From the NCBI GenBank assembly GCA_963737945.1, contig CAVTUR010000030.1, positions 22,193-86,192 on the forward strand: 64,000 nucleotides of DNA, in the 5' to 3' direction. The notes beneath the pieces were generated by a model. That model made no database searches. It saw only the letters and a program-made list of their open reading frames with translations, and was not told the origin of the DNA. Shown here in pieces: positions 39,614-49,187 of the stretch. The translations under genes were made by a program, and so were the position numbers. Each line of letters starts with the position of its first letter. Positions within the stretch are counted from its first letter, which is position 1. This DNA comes from Blastocatellia bacterium. Its GTDB lineage: Bacteria > Acidobacteriota > Blastocatellia > UBA7656.

Positions 39614-39690
39614 CATCTCAATTTGTAGAAACGCATCTTGACCACTAGTATTCTCGCGCCTCGTGAATCGAAGCGAGCAAGGCGCACGAA

Positions 39691-41013
39691 ATGGCTGAAC
39701 CGACAAAGGAAGGTCTGATCCGCGGAATCCGCCGGTGGGATCTCGTGGCGATGGCGGTCAACGCGATTATCGGCGCGGGTATTTTCGGATTGCCGTCCGA
39801 GGTCTTCAGCCGGATCGGAGGGTACTCGCTGTTTGCCTTTGCCGCGTGCGCGCTGGTCGTGCTGGTCATCATCCTCTGCTTTTGCGAAGTCGGCAGTCGA
39901 TTCAGCGATACAGGCGGACCATATCTCTATGCGCGCGAGGCATTTGGTAAGATTGTCGGATTTGAGGTTGGATGGTTGATCTGGATCGCGAGGCTGACCG
40001 CGTTCGCAGCAAATTGCAACCTGCTCATCGGATACCTGAGCTTCTTCTGGCCTGCCGCCGGCGCCGGCGCAACACGAGCCGTTACCATAACGGTTATCGT
40101 CGTGCTGATCTCATTTGTCAACATCGCCGGGGTTCGCAATGCGGCGCTCGTCAGCAACCTATTCACTGTGGGTAAGCTGATACCGCTGGTGTTTTTCATA
40201 GCCGTCGGTCTGTTCTTTATTCAACCCGCAAACTTCGCGCTTGAAGCGGCGCCCGGCTACGGCGCGTTCTCAGGGTCGTGCCTCGTGCTGATTTACGCGT
40301 TCAGCGGTTTCGAGATGATTATGATTCCGGCCGGTGAGGCTCGCGAACCGCGGCGCAACACCCCGTTTGCGCTGCTCACGGCGGTGGGAGTAGTCGCGGT
40401 CATTTACATGCTGATCCAGCTTGTTTCAATCGGGACGCTCCCGGAGCTTGCCGCGTCAAAGCGCCCGCTTGCCGATGCCGCGACCACTTTCCTCGGGTCG
40501 GCCGGCGGGGCAATTATCTCGGCCGGCGCATTGGTTTCAATCTTCGGAAACCTGAACGTGATCCTGCTGGCCGGTTCGCGATTGCCGTTTGCTATGTCAG
40601 AACGAAACGAGCTTCCAGAATTCCTGGCGCACGTCCATCGCCGGTTCCGTACGCCAGACGTTTCGATATCAATCACCGCCGCTGTGATGCTTGCTTTGAC
40701 ACTGTCGGGCACATTTGTCTATGCGGCGACAATCAGCGCGATTGCACGATTGCTGACGTATGCAGCGACCTGTGCGGCATTGCCGGTGCTGCGTCGTAAA
40801 GAAGCGGAACTCCCGGCGCTGTTTCGAGCACCCGCCGGTGTTGCCCTTTCGATCTTCGCTCTGCTGCTCGCGGCGTGGCTGCTCTCAAATAGCACGAGCC
40901 AACAAGCTCGTGACTCAGTGATCGCTGCCGCCGTTGGTCTTTTGATTTACTTCGCCTACAGAGCCGGCCGTAAGAAAGCGGTGGTTGACGAAATTCCAGT
41001 TGAGCCAGGATGA
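39691..41013 (+). CDS. APC-family amino acid/polyamine permease
   Basis: NAIIGAGIFGLP, GGPYLYAREAFG, YAFSGFE and about 12 TM segments. Confidence 0.93.
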   Translation: MAEPTKEGLIRGIRRWDLVAMAVNAIIGAGIFGLPSEVFSRIGGYSLFAFAACALVVLVIILCFCEVGSRFSDTGGPYLYAREAFGKIVGFEVGWLIWIARLTAFAANCNLLIGYLSFFWPAAGAGATRAVTITVIVVLISFVNIAGVRNAALVSNLFTVGKLIPLVFFIAVGLFFIQPANFALEAAPGYGAFSGSCLVLIYAFSGFEMIMIPAGEAREPRRNTPFALLTAVGVVAVIYMLIQLVSIGTLPELAASKRPLADAATTFLGSAGGAIISAGALVSIFGNLNVILLAGSRLPFAMSERNELPEFLAHVHRRFRTPDVSISITAAVMLALTLSGTFVYAATISAIARLLTYAATCAALPVLRRKEAELPALFRAPAGVALSIFALLLAAWLLSNSTSQQARDSVIAAAVGLLIYFAYRAGRKKAVVDEIPVEPG

Positions 41014-41043
41014 GGGCTTCAAATCTGAGGTCGGAGACTCACC

Positions 41044-41550
41044 CTAAATCTCCCAGTCAGCGCGATCTCGCTCCTTAGCGATTCCACCTTCGATGATCGG
41101 CTTCCGTCTTTTGATCGAGCCACAGATCGGATCGCCCTTCTTGCCTGTCATGTCGATTACTACTTTTAGCGGGCGGTTCTTGTCGAGTGCGGCCTGAAGG
41201 TGATCCCAAGTCAGATGGTTCAGGTGGATCTTCGCCCGTCGAAACATTGCGAACTCACCATTGGGGCCCATCACTCCCCACGATAGATAGAAGAACCTCT
41301 CCTGAGGCGTACCCTTTGCAAATGGCCCCAGGAAGTTTGGAGACCCGCCGGGTTGTCTTGTGATCCTGAACACCGGACGAAATGTCACTTTCTTTCGATC
41401 GGCCGGCACCGCTTCTATTACTTCGTTACCTTTCTGAATCCCGAGATAAACCGGCTCGTGTTTTCCAGCTGCAGTATTGTAAGGATCCACGAAACAGCTC
41501 CCCGGAAGATTGCGACATATTACTTCAATTGTCACCTCACCGTTTTCCAT
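41044..41550 (-). CDS. DUF5990-like protein
   Basis: Likely start MENGEVTIEVICRNLPG. VYLGIQKG..., NFLGPFAKGTPQERFFYLSWG...FAMFRRAKI resembles DUF5990. Confidence 0.65.
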   Translation of the reverse strand: MENGEVTIEVICRNLPGSCFVDPYNTAAGKHEPVYLGIQKGNEVIEAVPADRKKVTFRPVFRITRQPGGSPNFLGPFAKGTPQERFFYLSWGVMGPNGEFAMFRRAKIHLNHLTWDHLQAALDKNRPLKVVIDMTGKKGDPICGSIKRRKPIIEGGIAKERDRADWEI

Positions 41551-41597
41551 CCACTCTTCTCCGCAACACAGGATCAACAAAACGAGATTAGAAAACC

Positions 41598-44399
41598 TTA
41601 CAGCTCTACCTTACGCAGTCGCAACGCGTTGCCGATGACCGACACTGAGCTGAAACTCATCGCGGCGCTTGCGATCATAGGACTCAACAGAAGCCCAAAC
41701 ACTGGATAGAGCGCTCCAGCAGCGATGGGGATTCCAAGAGCGTTATAAATGAACGCGAAGAAAAGATTCTGCCGGATGTTGCCCATGGTCGCCCGGCTCA
41801 GCTTGCGTGCGCGCGCGATGCCCCTCAGGTCGCCCTTTAAGAGGGTGATGCCCGCGCTCTCGATAGCCACGTCCGTGCCCGTGCCCATCGCAATTCCAAC
41901 CTGAGCCTGAGCCAGGGCCGGCGCATCGTTTACGCCGTCGCCGGCCATCGCCACCAGGCGACCCTGAGCCTGGAGACGTTTCACCACCTCGCCCTTCTGT
42001 TTGGGCAAAACGTCGGCTTCAAAGTCATCTATGCCCAGCTTTCGAGCGACCGCCTCGGCAGTCGTCCGATTATCGCCGGTGACCATTACGATGCGTATCC
42101 CATCCTCGTGCAGCTCTCGAATTGCCTCGGCCGTAGACTCCTTGATCGGATCAGCAACGGCCAGCAAACCGGCGAGCCGGCCGTCCACGGCGACAAACAT
42201 CACCGTCTCGCCCTCTTTGCGCAAAGCTTCTGCGCGCTCGCTCAAACTGCCAGCATCGATTTTCAGTTGCTCCAGCAGCTTGCTATTGCCGAGGGCAACA
42301 AGGTGACCGTCGATCTTTCCAACAACGCCCTTTCCGGTTATGGATTGAAAGTCCTCGGCTTCAGACAGCTCCAATTCTCTCTGTTCCGCGCCGGCTATGA
42401 TTGCCGCGGCCAGCGGATGCTCGCTTCCCCGCTCGATGCTGGCGGCCAGCCGCAACAACTCCGACTCACCAATCCCATTCAAAGGCAGCACCGAGGTAAG
42501 TCGGGGTTTGCCTTCGGTCAACGTACCGGTCTTATCCACAATGAGCGTGTCGATCTTCTCCAGCACCTCGAGGGCTTCTGCATTCTTGATGAGCACGCCT
42601 GCTGTAGCGCCGCGGCCTGTTCCCACCATGATCGACATCGGCGTCGCAAGCCCCAGCGCGCACGGGCACGCGACTATCAGCACAGCTACCGCATTGACGA
42701 TGGCGTGGGCCAGCCGTGGCTCAGGTCCTGCGAGACTCCACACGACAAACGTGATGATGGCCGACACAATGACGGCCGGAACAAAGTAGGATGAGACCGT
42801 ATCGGCGAGACGCTGAATCGGGGCGCGGCTGCGTTGAGCCTCGCTCACCATCCGGACGATCTGAGCCAGAAGCGTTTCGCTGCCGACCCGCTCCGCACGC
42901 ATTATGAAGCTGCCTGTTCCATTGACAGTACCACCCGTGACCTTATTCTCTTTGCTCTTCTCCACGGGAATGGACTCGCCGGTCACCATCGACTCGTCTA
43001 CGGAACTCTTGCCTTCGAGGATTATTCCATCCACGGGGACCTTTTCTCCGGGGCGAACTCGGAGCGTGTCACCCGGTTTAATGACATCCAAAGAGATCTG
43101 TTCTTCTGCCCCGTCATCGCGGATGACTCTCGCGGTTTTGGGAGACAGTCCGAGCAGGGCTTTGATCGCGCTGCTCGTCTTGCTGCGCGCCCGCAGTTCG
43201 AGAACCTGTCCCAACAGCACCAAAACGACGATCACCGCGGAGGTTTCAAAATAGACCCCTACTTGACCGCCGTGCCCGCGCAACGAAGCCGGGAAGATGC
43301 TCGGAAAGAAGGTAGCAATGACGCTATACCAGTAGGCCACTCCGGTGCCGATGGCGATGAGCGTGAACATATTGAGGCTCCGATTGACGATCGAGGCCCA
43401 ACCTCGCTGAAAAAACGGCCAGCCTCCCCACAACACGACAGGTGTTGCGAGGGCCAACTGGAAAAGCGTAAGCAACCGCATCGAGACCGCGTGCTGCAGG
43501 GGCTGACCCGGGATCAAATCCGACATCGCGACGAGGAGCAACGGGGCGGTCAGATACAAGCCGATCTTGAACCGGCGGGTCATATCTTCGAGCTCTTCGT
43601 TCTTCTCTTCACCGCCACCGACGGTTCTTGGTTCCAGGGCCATTCCGCAAATCGGACACGAGCCAGGCGCCTCCCTCACGATCTCCGGGTGCATCGGGCA
43701 GGTGTATTCCGTTCTAGTCGCTGGAATTGAAACCGATGGTGGGTCAAGGGCCATGCCACACTTAGGACATGAGCCTCGTCCCGGCCGGTGAACCTCCGGA
43801 TGCATCGGGCAGGTGTACTCCCCTTTAGTCTTCGACGGGGTAATAACCAGGGGTTCCAGCGACATCCCACACTTGGGGCATGCGCCGGGGCTGCTTTGGT
43901 GAACCTCCGGGTGCATTGGGCAGCTAAATTCGGATTTCGGCGGCGCCGGTCCACTGCCCGGGAGTTCAAGCGACATCCCACACTTCGGGCATTTTCCCGG
44001 ATTGCTTTGGTGAACTTCGGGGTGCATCGGGCAGCTATATTCGGGTTTCGCCGGCGCCGGTCCAGTGCCTGAGAGTTCAAGCGACATCCCGCACTTGGGG
44101 CATTTGCCCTGATGCCTCTGGTGAACCTCCGGATGCATTGGGCAGCCATATTCAGGCTGTATCTGCGCGGCTCGAGGGTCTAACCTTTGGAGTAACATTC
44201 CGCACTTCGGACATGCGCCCGGAGTCGCCTGGTGAACCTCCGGATGCATCGGGCAGGTGTATTCCGCATTCCCGGCCGGCGAAGCGGGCACCATCGAATC
44301 AAGAGCCATCCCACACTTCGGGCACGACCCCGGGCTATCCTGGCGAACCTCCGGGTGCATAGGGCAGATGTGTTCGTTGCTGTTCTTTTCAGCGTCCAT
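41598..44399 (-). CDS. copA: Cu(I)/Ag(I)-translocating P1B-type ATPase with seven N-terminal CPMHPE..CPxCGM repeats
   Basis: [33 protein letters not shown] (TM7) and MSFSS (TM8), the P1B-1 signatures. Confidence 0.95.
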   Translation of the reverse strand: MDAEKNSNEHICPMHPEVRQDSPGSCPKCGMALDSMVPASPAGNAEYTCPMHPEVHQATPGACPKCGMLLQRLDPRAAQIQPEYGCPMHPEVHQRHQGKCPKCGMSLELSGTGPAPAKPEYSCPMHPEVHQSNPGKCPKCGMSLELPGSGPAPPKSEFSCPMHPEVHQSSPGACPKCGMSLEPLVITPSKTKGEYTCPMHPEVHRPGRGSCPKCGMALDPPSVSIPATRTEYTCPMHPEIVREAPGSCPICGMALEPRTVGGGEEKNEELEDMTRRFKIGLYLTAPLLLVAMSDLIPGQPLQHAVSMRLLTLFQLALATPVVLWGGWPFFQRGWASIVNRSLNMFTLIAIGTGVAYWYSVIATFFPSIFPASLRGHGGQVGVYFETSAVIVVLVLLGQVLELRARSKTSSAIKALLGLSPKTARVIRDDGAEEQISLDVIKPGDTLRVRPGEKVPVDGIILEGKSSVDESMVTGESIPVEKSKENKVTGGTVNGTGSFIMRAERVGSETLLAQIVRMVSEAQRSRAPIQRLADTVSSYFVPAVIVSAIITFVVWSLAGPEPRLAHAIVNAVAVLIVACPCALGLATPMSIMVGTGRGATAGVLIKNAEALEVLEKIDTLIVDKTGTLTEGKPRLTSVLPLNGIGESELLRLAASIERGSEHPLAAAIIAGAEQRELELSEAEDFQSITGKGVVGKIDGHLVALGNSKLLEQLKIDAGSLSERAEALRKEGETVMFVAVDGRLAGLLAVADPIKESTAEAIRELHEDGIRIVMVTGDNRTTAEAVARKLGIDDFEADVLPKQKGEVVKRLQAQGRLVAMAGDGVNDAPALAQAQVGIAMGTGTDVAIESAGITLLKGDLRGIARARKLSRATMGNIRQNLFFAFIYNALGIPIAAGALYPVFGLLLSPMIASAAMSFSSVSVIGNALRLRKVEL

Positions 44400-44424
44400 C
44401 GATCTCCGTTGTCATCCTGTGTTC

Positions 44425-44442
44425 TGTGAGCCGAAGCTCACA
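44425..44442 (-). other. perfect hairpin with C(UUCG)G tetraloop just upstream of copA
   Basis: The minus strand reads TGTGAGC-TTCG-GCTCACA, 26 nt before the copA ATG. Confidence 0.55.
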
Positions 44443-44656
44443 AGTGCAACAGGTCGGCTTATGACTCGGCGCAGCTTATCGTTTACCTTGCTAGCCGTCG
44501 ACGAGCCTGGAATTGCCAATTTGCGGTTCTCGCGAGTCACCTTACTTTCATTCGAGCCCGCAGTGAAATGCTAAGAGCAAGGCTACGACGAAGCGCGTGT
44601 TCGAGCGCTCGAGCCCTCGTCTCTTTGCGTCTGTTTCTCGTGAGCCCTGGACGTTT

Positions 44657-45382
44657 TCACTGCACCAGGATTTTTCCGCGCAGCATACCAATACCGCAAG
44701 TAAAGGCAAATTCGCCCGACTTACGCGGCGTGAGCTGAATGACAACCGGTTCGTTCAACGGTAGCTCTTGCTTTTTGTCATAGTCAGGAATCAACACCGC
44801 GGTACCGCAGGTAGTCTTTGACTCACGCACAAAGGTAATGCGAGCCGTAACACCCCGCTTTAGTTCCAGGCTGGCCGGTTCATATCCACCGTCTGTCACC
44901 TTGACGGTGAACGCCTGGATCTCGGAGTCATCCTGGCCGGCGGGTTTCTGGTGTTGGGCGAATGGTTGCTTTGCTTCCGACTCAACGACTTCAATGGAGT
45001 CTACTTTGAGATACCGCTTGCCGTCAGCTTCACGCGTAATTCCAGTGGCTTTCACCTGTTTAGCAATGTAGTCGAGCCAGTCCCCTCGTTGTGGCGCCAG
45101 TTTGCCCGTCTCAAGCAAATACAGCGTGATTCCGTTCGCGCCCGCAACGGCGAGCGCTTGTGCCTTGCCCTTCCTGGCACAGTCCACGGCACACTTCAGA
45201 TCGCCGTCGTTGCCGTATGGGGTCACCTTTCGATCTGCTTCGAACCAGCACGAAGAGCAAACCACCTGCCCTTCAAGCGTAACCGAAGCCTCGGCCTTTT
45301 CCTGAGCTATCGTTGCGTTGCCAAACAGCGCAAGCGTCACACACAACGCAATGCTGATCAATAACAATTTCTTCGTTCTCAT
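44657..45382 (-). CDS. secreted Cys-motif protein with C-terminal cupredoxin-like domain
   Basis: Start MRTKKLLLISIAL... after AGGAGA. GQVVCSSCW...CAVDCARKG, then VKVTDGGYEP..LELKRG...TCG...FTCGIGMLRGKILV. Confidence 0.8.
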   Translation of the reverse strand: MRTKKLLLISIALCVTLALFGNATIAQEKAEASVTLEGQVVCSSCWFEADRKVTPYGNDGDLKCAVDCARKGKAQALAVAGANGITLYLLETGKLAPQRGDWLDYIAKQVKATGITREADGKRYLKVDSIEVVESEAKQPFAQHQKPAGQDDSEIQAFTVKVTDGGYEPASLELKRGVTARITFVRESKTTCGTAVLIPDYDKKQELPLNEPVVIQLTPRKSGEFAFTCGIGMLRGKILVQ

Positions 45383-45431
45383 TGTTCTTCTCCTCTGTTG
45401 ATATGATCCCGACCTCCTGGTCTCTCTGAGG

Positions 45432-47312
45432 TCAGTGATGCATCTTCCCCGGCCGGAAGCGCAAGAAGACATGAAAGCTCGTCGGGTTTGAACCGTAGCC
45501 TGACTCTAAGGCTGTTGGCACGTGGTAGACCGTCACATCCGCCCCAACACCCACTCGCAGTTTGGTGTCGGCAATGATGTCGCGCACTCCTCCAAAAGTA
45601 AATGCGCCAACCCGAAAGGACTGCTCAAAGCGGTCGCCTATTTGGAAGCCACCTCCGATCGGGTGAAACCCATCAAGACCCGGTCGGCCGAATATGTTTT
45701 CCTCGAGCAGTCCTTGCTTGTCCACCAGCTCCATCCTCGTGTACAGGTAGTTCCTATCAAGAAAGTTCGCCGTCGACTCGAGCAAATAGGCGTTCGAGTT
45801 ACCGTGACGCTCGTGATTGCGGCCCCAGATCAGACTCGACGCCCAGTTCCCATCATCCCACGAACGATTGTGAGAAACCGAGGCAGTCACCCGCCGCAGG
45901 ATGCCAGGTTCGAGTATTTCCGGATTGACCAGGTGGCCATACGAAACCTGCATCGTCCAGTCCGGTGTTGGCGTAAACCAGACTCGACCGCTCCATGAAT
46001 CGAGCTTGCCCATTTCAATGTCTTTGCGATTCTCATCGGGCTCTGCACCGCGAAATAGCGAGCTTTCAACCCGGAATCGCCACGCTGTCACTCCGGCAGT
46101 GATCACCCCGTGGCTTATGTGTGTGGAGTCTTGCCAATGATGTCCAAGCGGCGCCGCCGGATTCTCCGCCGCCGACATTCGATGCATGAATGCCGTCGGC
46201 CCGAGCGCCGGCTCGGCGACAGGCCCGCCGTAGAAGTTGAGAGCGACATGCTCGGACAACCTAATGTTGTAGGCGGCAGCGAGTTCCATAAAGAGGTCGT
46301 GCGGGTGTTGGGCGTCGATGATGGGCCGCCCCTCGAAGGTTTCTCCTGTCTGGAAAAGCTCAGGAAAGCCGCGCCTCGGTGTAGTCCACGGTTCGGCTGA
46401 AACCATTCCGCGCAACATCAACTGACCCACGCCTGCCTTTCGCTCCGCCATGATCATAAACCAGTTTTGCGACTCAGCCTTGTTCACACCGCGCGGACCG
46501 CCCTGATGATTGAACCCCGCGATCAGGTTGCCGTGAGCCATGATCATCCAGTCATCTTTCATCCAATGCCACATATGTCCCGGCGCGCTCGCCGGCATGA
46601 GGCTAGTCCCCGAACCGACGGCAGACATGGAGCGAAACGGCCCGCCGGTGATCGTGCTCATCATTGCACTCATGTCATGCCCTGTGTGCGCGTCGCCAGT
46701 ACCCGCCTTCTCCGTGCCCATTGTCGACATGTCGTGCCCTGTGTGCGCGTCCTGAGTGCCTGCCTTCTCCTTGTCCATCGTCGACATGTCATGAGCCTCG
46801 GGCTCCGGATGGTGGTGTTCATCTCCGTTGCCATCGCCATGCTTGTGGCGTGCACTCGGAGGCACTGCTGCTTCGAGCTTTTTTCTACCTTCGGGTGTGA
46901 GCTTTGGAAGTGCCCTGAGAAACAAGATCGTCTGCCAAATCTCCGTCGGGTTGTGAGTCTTACCAAAAGCCGGCATGGCTGTGCCTGGAACGCCGCGAGA
47001 AATCTGGCGAAACAATTCGGCATCCGATCTAGACTGCACCTTGCCGGAAGTAAGGTCGACCGCGCCGACAGCTCTCCCCTTCTCGATATCGGCTTTGCCG
47101 GTTGAGCCATGACAGCTAGCACAGTGCGCGTCAAAGTGGTCGAGCCCCAATGCTGTGTTCTTCTCGGTCGGATGAAGCGGGTTTCCGGTCTGAGGCCCAT
47201 TCGTAAGCGAGACGGCGTACGTAGTTCCCCGGTGTACGAAGTGTCCTGGCGCCAGTGCGGAAACCACAATCATTACCGCGAGCCTGATGACCCGCGTCTG
47301 CTGCGACCTCAC
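45432..47312 (-). CDS. cytochrome c / His-Met-rich linker / probable outer-membrane beta-barrel fusion protein
   Basis: Probable GTG start at 47312 after AAGGAG. CASCH heme motif with GTAMPAF distal Met; HKHGDGNGDEHHH and HDMS repeats; aromatic-rich beta region (GFNHQGGPRG, QHPHDLFMEL, HHWQDSTHI) ending HVFLRFRP. Confidence 0.75.
   Translation of the reverse strand: MRSQQTRVIRLAVMIVVSALAPGHFVHRGTTYAVSLTNGPQTGNPLHPTEKNTALGLDHFDAHCASCHGSTGKADIEKGRAVGAVDLTSGKVQSRSDAELFRQISRGVPGTAMPAFGKTHNPTEIWQTILFLRALPKLTPEGRKKLEAAVPPSARHKHGDGNGDEHHHPEPEAHDMSTMDKEKAGTQDAHTGHDMSTMGTEKAGTGDAHTGHDMSAMMSTITGGPFRSMSAVGSGTSLMPASAPGHMWHWMKDDWMIMAHGNLIAGFNHQGGPRGVNKAESQNWFMIMAERKAGVGQLMLRGMVSAEPWTTPRRGFPELFQTGETFEGRPIIDAQHPHDLFMELAAAYNIRLSEHVALNFYGGPVAEPALGPTAFMHRMSAAENPAAPLGHHWQDSTHISHGVITAGVTAWRFRVESSLFRGAEPDENRKDIEMGKLDSWSGRVWFTPTPDWTMQVSYGHLVNPEILEPGILRRVTASVSHNRSWDDGNWASSLIWGRNHERHGNSNAYLLESTANFLDRNYLYTRMELVDKQGLLEENIFGRPGLDGFHPIGGGFQIGDRFEQSFRVGAFTFGGVRDIIADTKLRVGVGADVTVYHVPTALESGYGSNPTSFHVFLRFRPGKMHH
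46671..46793 (-). repeat. 57-bp tandem repeat encoding His/Met-rich 19-aa units
   Basis: CATGTC(A/G)TG at 46671, 46728 and 46785. The protein reads HDMSTMDKEKAGTQDAHTG / HDMSTMGTEKAGTGDAHTG / HDMSAMM. Confidence 0.9.
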
Positions 47313-47401
47313 AGAGTTCTCCTTCCATAAAAACAATTCACATTTTCCTTCGGCGATTCTTCTCGCCTTTCATTAATCTTTGCCAAAGTGCCTGCAGAGC
47401 A

Positions 47402-49093
47402 TCATCGCACCACGATTTTTCCGCTGAGCATCTTCATTCCGCAGGTGAAATCGAACACACCCGCTTTCGCGGGCAAAAACTCAATCACCACCGGTTCCTT
47501 AACCGGCAGATCCCTTTTGATACTGAACTCAGGGATCGCGACCGATGTGGCGCAGGTCTCTTCGATCTCTCGCACAAAGGTCAATCGAGCGGGAATGCCT
47601 CGCTTTAGCTCGACCCTGTCTGGCTGAAACCCCTTGTCGGTGACTTTTACGGTAACGACCTGTACCCCGGCTTCTGGTTGCGCCCCCCGAGCAGCGATTT
47701 GCGACTGGTCGACCGGTGGGATGGAAGAAGGGGAAGCCGGCGATGTTGACTGAGCGGGGTTCAGCTTCAGGCTCTCAGCTCGAAGCAGAAAACTACCTTC
47801 GGTCACGACTCGCTCGCCTGCATTCACCCCGGTGTACACCGGCAGCATGCCATTGACCTCTTGTCCGGTGGAGACCTCGCGTTGCACAAATGAGCCCGGC
47901 TGATCAGTGGCCACAAAGACTATTTGCTTTGCGCCGATGGTCTGGACCGCCGAACCAGGCACCGTCGGAACTGCGTGCGGGCTCGTCACTGCTTGAACAG
48001 CGCTGCTGAAGTTCACGTCGACAAACATTCCCAGACGGAGCACCTCTCTCGGATTTGCTAGCTCTACGCGAACCTGAGCAGTGCGGGTTTGCGGATCGAC
48101 TCGGGGGTCGATGTAGGAAACACGCCCCTTAAAGGCTCGCGCGGGATAAGCCGAGGCCGTTATCAGCGCAGGCGTTCCGATCCGGACCGTCTGGAAGTCC
48201 TTCTCGTAGACTTGTGCGATAACCCACACCAATGACAAGTCAGCAACGCGGAACATCTCCTTGCCCATCATTACTACTTCTCCGGTATTGACCGATCGCG
48301 CGATCAAGGTCCCCGATCCTGGAGACTCGACACCGATAAGTGGCTTCGAGATCTTCTGCGCAATGCGAATCTCATCGACTTGTTTCTCACTAAGACCGAG
48401 TAGAATTAACCGCTCTCTCGCGGAGGCGAGGTTTGCCTCCGCGTTCTTTCTCATTCTAGTGGTCTGCTCGAGTTCTTCCCGGCTTGCCGCACCAATCTCA
48501 ACAAGTTCTATCGTGCGCATGTGGTGCTGGTGGTGCTCTTCGACTTCGGCGGCCATTTTCAGATACGCCGCCTCCGCATCAGCTAACTCACTGCTGAAAA
48601 TCGTTGCGAGGGTCTGTCCCTTGACAACACTATTGCCCAGCTCGACATCGATCCGTCTTACTATGCCGCCCACGATCGGAAAGACAGGCACTTCCTTGTA
48701 TGCGTTGGACTCAACGGTTCCGGTTGTGCGAATGCCGGTGGAGCCCTCAGCAGGCATATCCATCTGGTCGACGACAACCTCGATCTTTAGCTGGGCGTTC
48801 GCCAGTTTGTCCGGAGACAGCGTGACCAGCGTTTCACCTGGCCTGGCAGCGGTCCCGGTTGGCGACCCATCCGGACCCGGCACGGACTCCTCGGCCGGCG
48901 CGGGAACAGGGCGGCCGGCGATTGGACCCTGACTCGATCCACGCGTCAGCGACCACGCCGCCACGATCGCGAGCGCAGCCAAAAGCACTATTGCCACCAC
49001 TACCCATCGCTTGAGCACAAAAGATCGCTGAACCTGCGGCTCCTCTTTTGTCTCACCATGATTCTCAACGTTGTCCTGATCGTCCATTGTCAT
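47402..49093 (-). CDS. heavy-metal RND efflux periplasmic adaptor (CusB/CzcB family) with C-terminal cupredoxin-like domain
   Basis: N-terminal TM anchor; GQTLATIFSSELADAE, VADLSLVWVIAQVYEKD, IDPRVDPQTRT, LRLGMFV. C-terminal VKVTDKGFQP...TCA...FTCGMKMLSGKIVV. Confidence 0.9.
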   Translation of the reverse strand: MTMDDQDNVENHGETKEEPQVQRSFVLKRWVVVAIVLLAALAIVAAWSLTRGSSQGPIAGRPVPAPAEESVPGPDGSPTGTAARPGETLVTLSPDKLANAQLKIEVVVDQMDMPAEGSTGIRTTGTVESNAYKEVPVFPIVGGIVRRIDVELGNSVVKGQTLATIFSSELADAEAAYLKMAAEVEEHHQHHMRTIELVEIGAASREELEQTTRMRKNAEANLASARERLILLGLSEKQVDEIRIAQKISKPLIGVESPGSGTLIARSVNTGEVVMMGKEMFRVADLSLVWVIAQVYEKDFQTVRIGTPALITASAYPARAFKGRVSYIDPRVDPQTRTAQVRVELANPREVLRLGMFVDVNFSSAVQAVTSPHAVPTVPGSAVQTIGAKQIVFVATDQPGSFVQREVSTGQEVNGMLPVYTGVNAGERVVTEGSFLLRAESLKLNPAQSTSPASPSSIPPVDQSQIAARGAQPEAGVQVVTVKVTDKGFQPDRVELKRGIPARLTFVREIEETCATSVAIPEFSIKRDLPVKEPVVIEFLPAKAGVFDFTCGMKMLSGKIVVR

Positions 49094-49111
49094 CGCCTCG
49101 CGCTTCGATTG

Positions 49112-49186
49112 TCCGACAAACTTCAGTTTGTCGTTCCAATTCGTCGGCTCACTCCTCGCAATTTCGACAAACTGAAGTTTGTCGGA
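49112..49186. repeat. REP doublet (REPIN-like), same family as element J (element K)
   Basis: TCCGACAAACTTCAGTTTGTCG (49112-49133) and its exact reverse complement CGACAAACTGAAGTTTGTCGGA (49165-49186). Each copy is itself a hairpin. Confidence 0.92.
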
Positions 49187-49187
49187 C

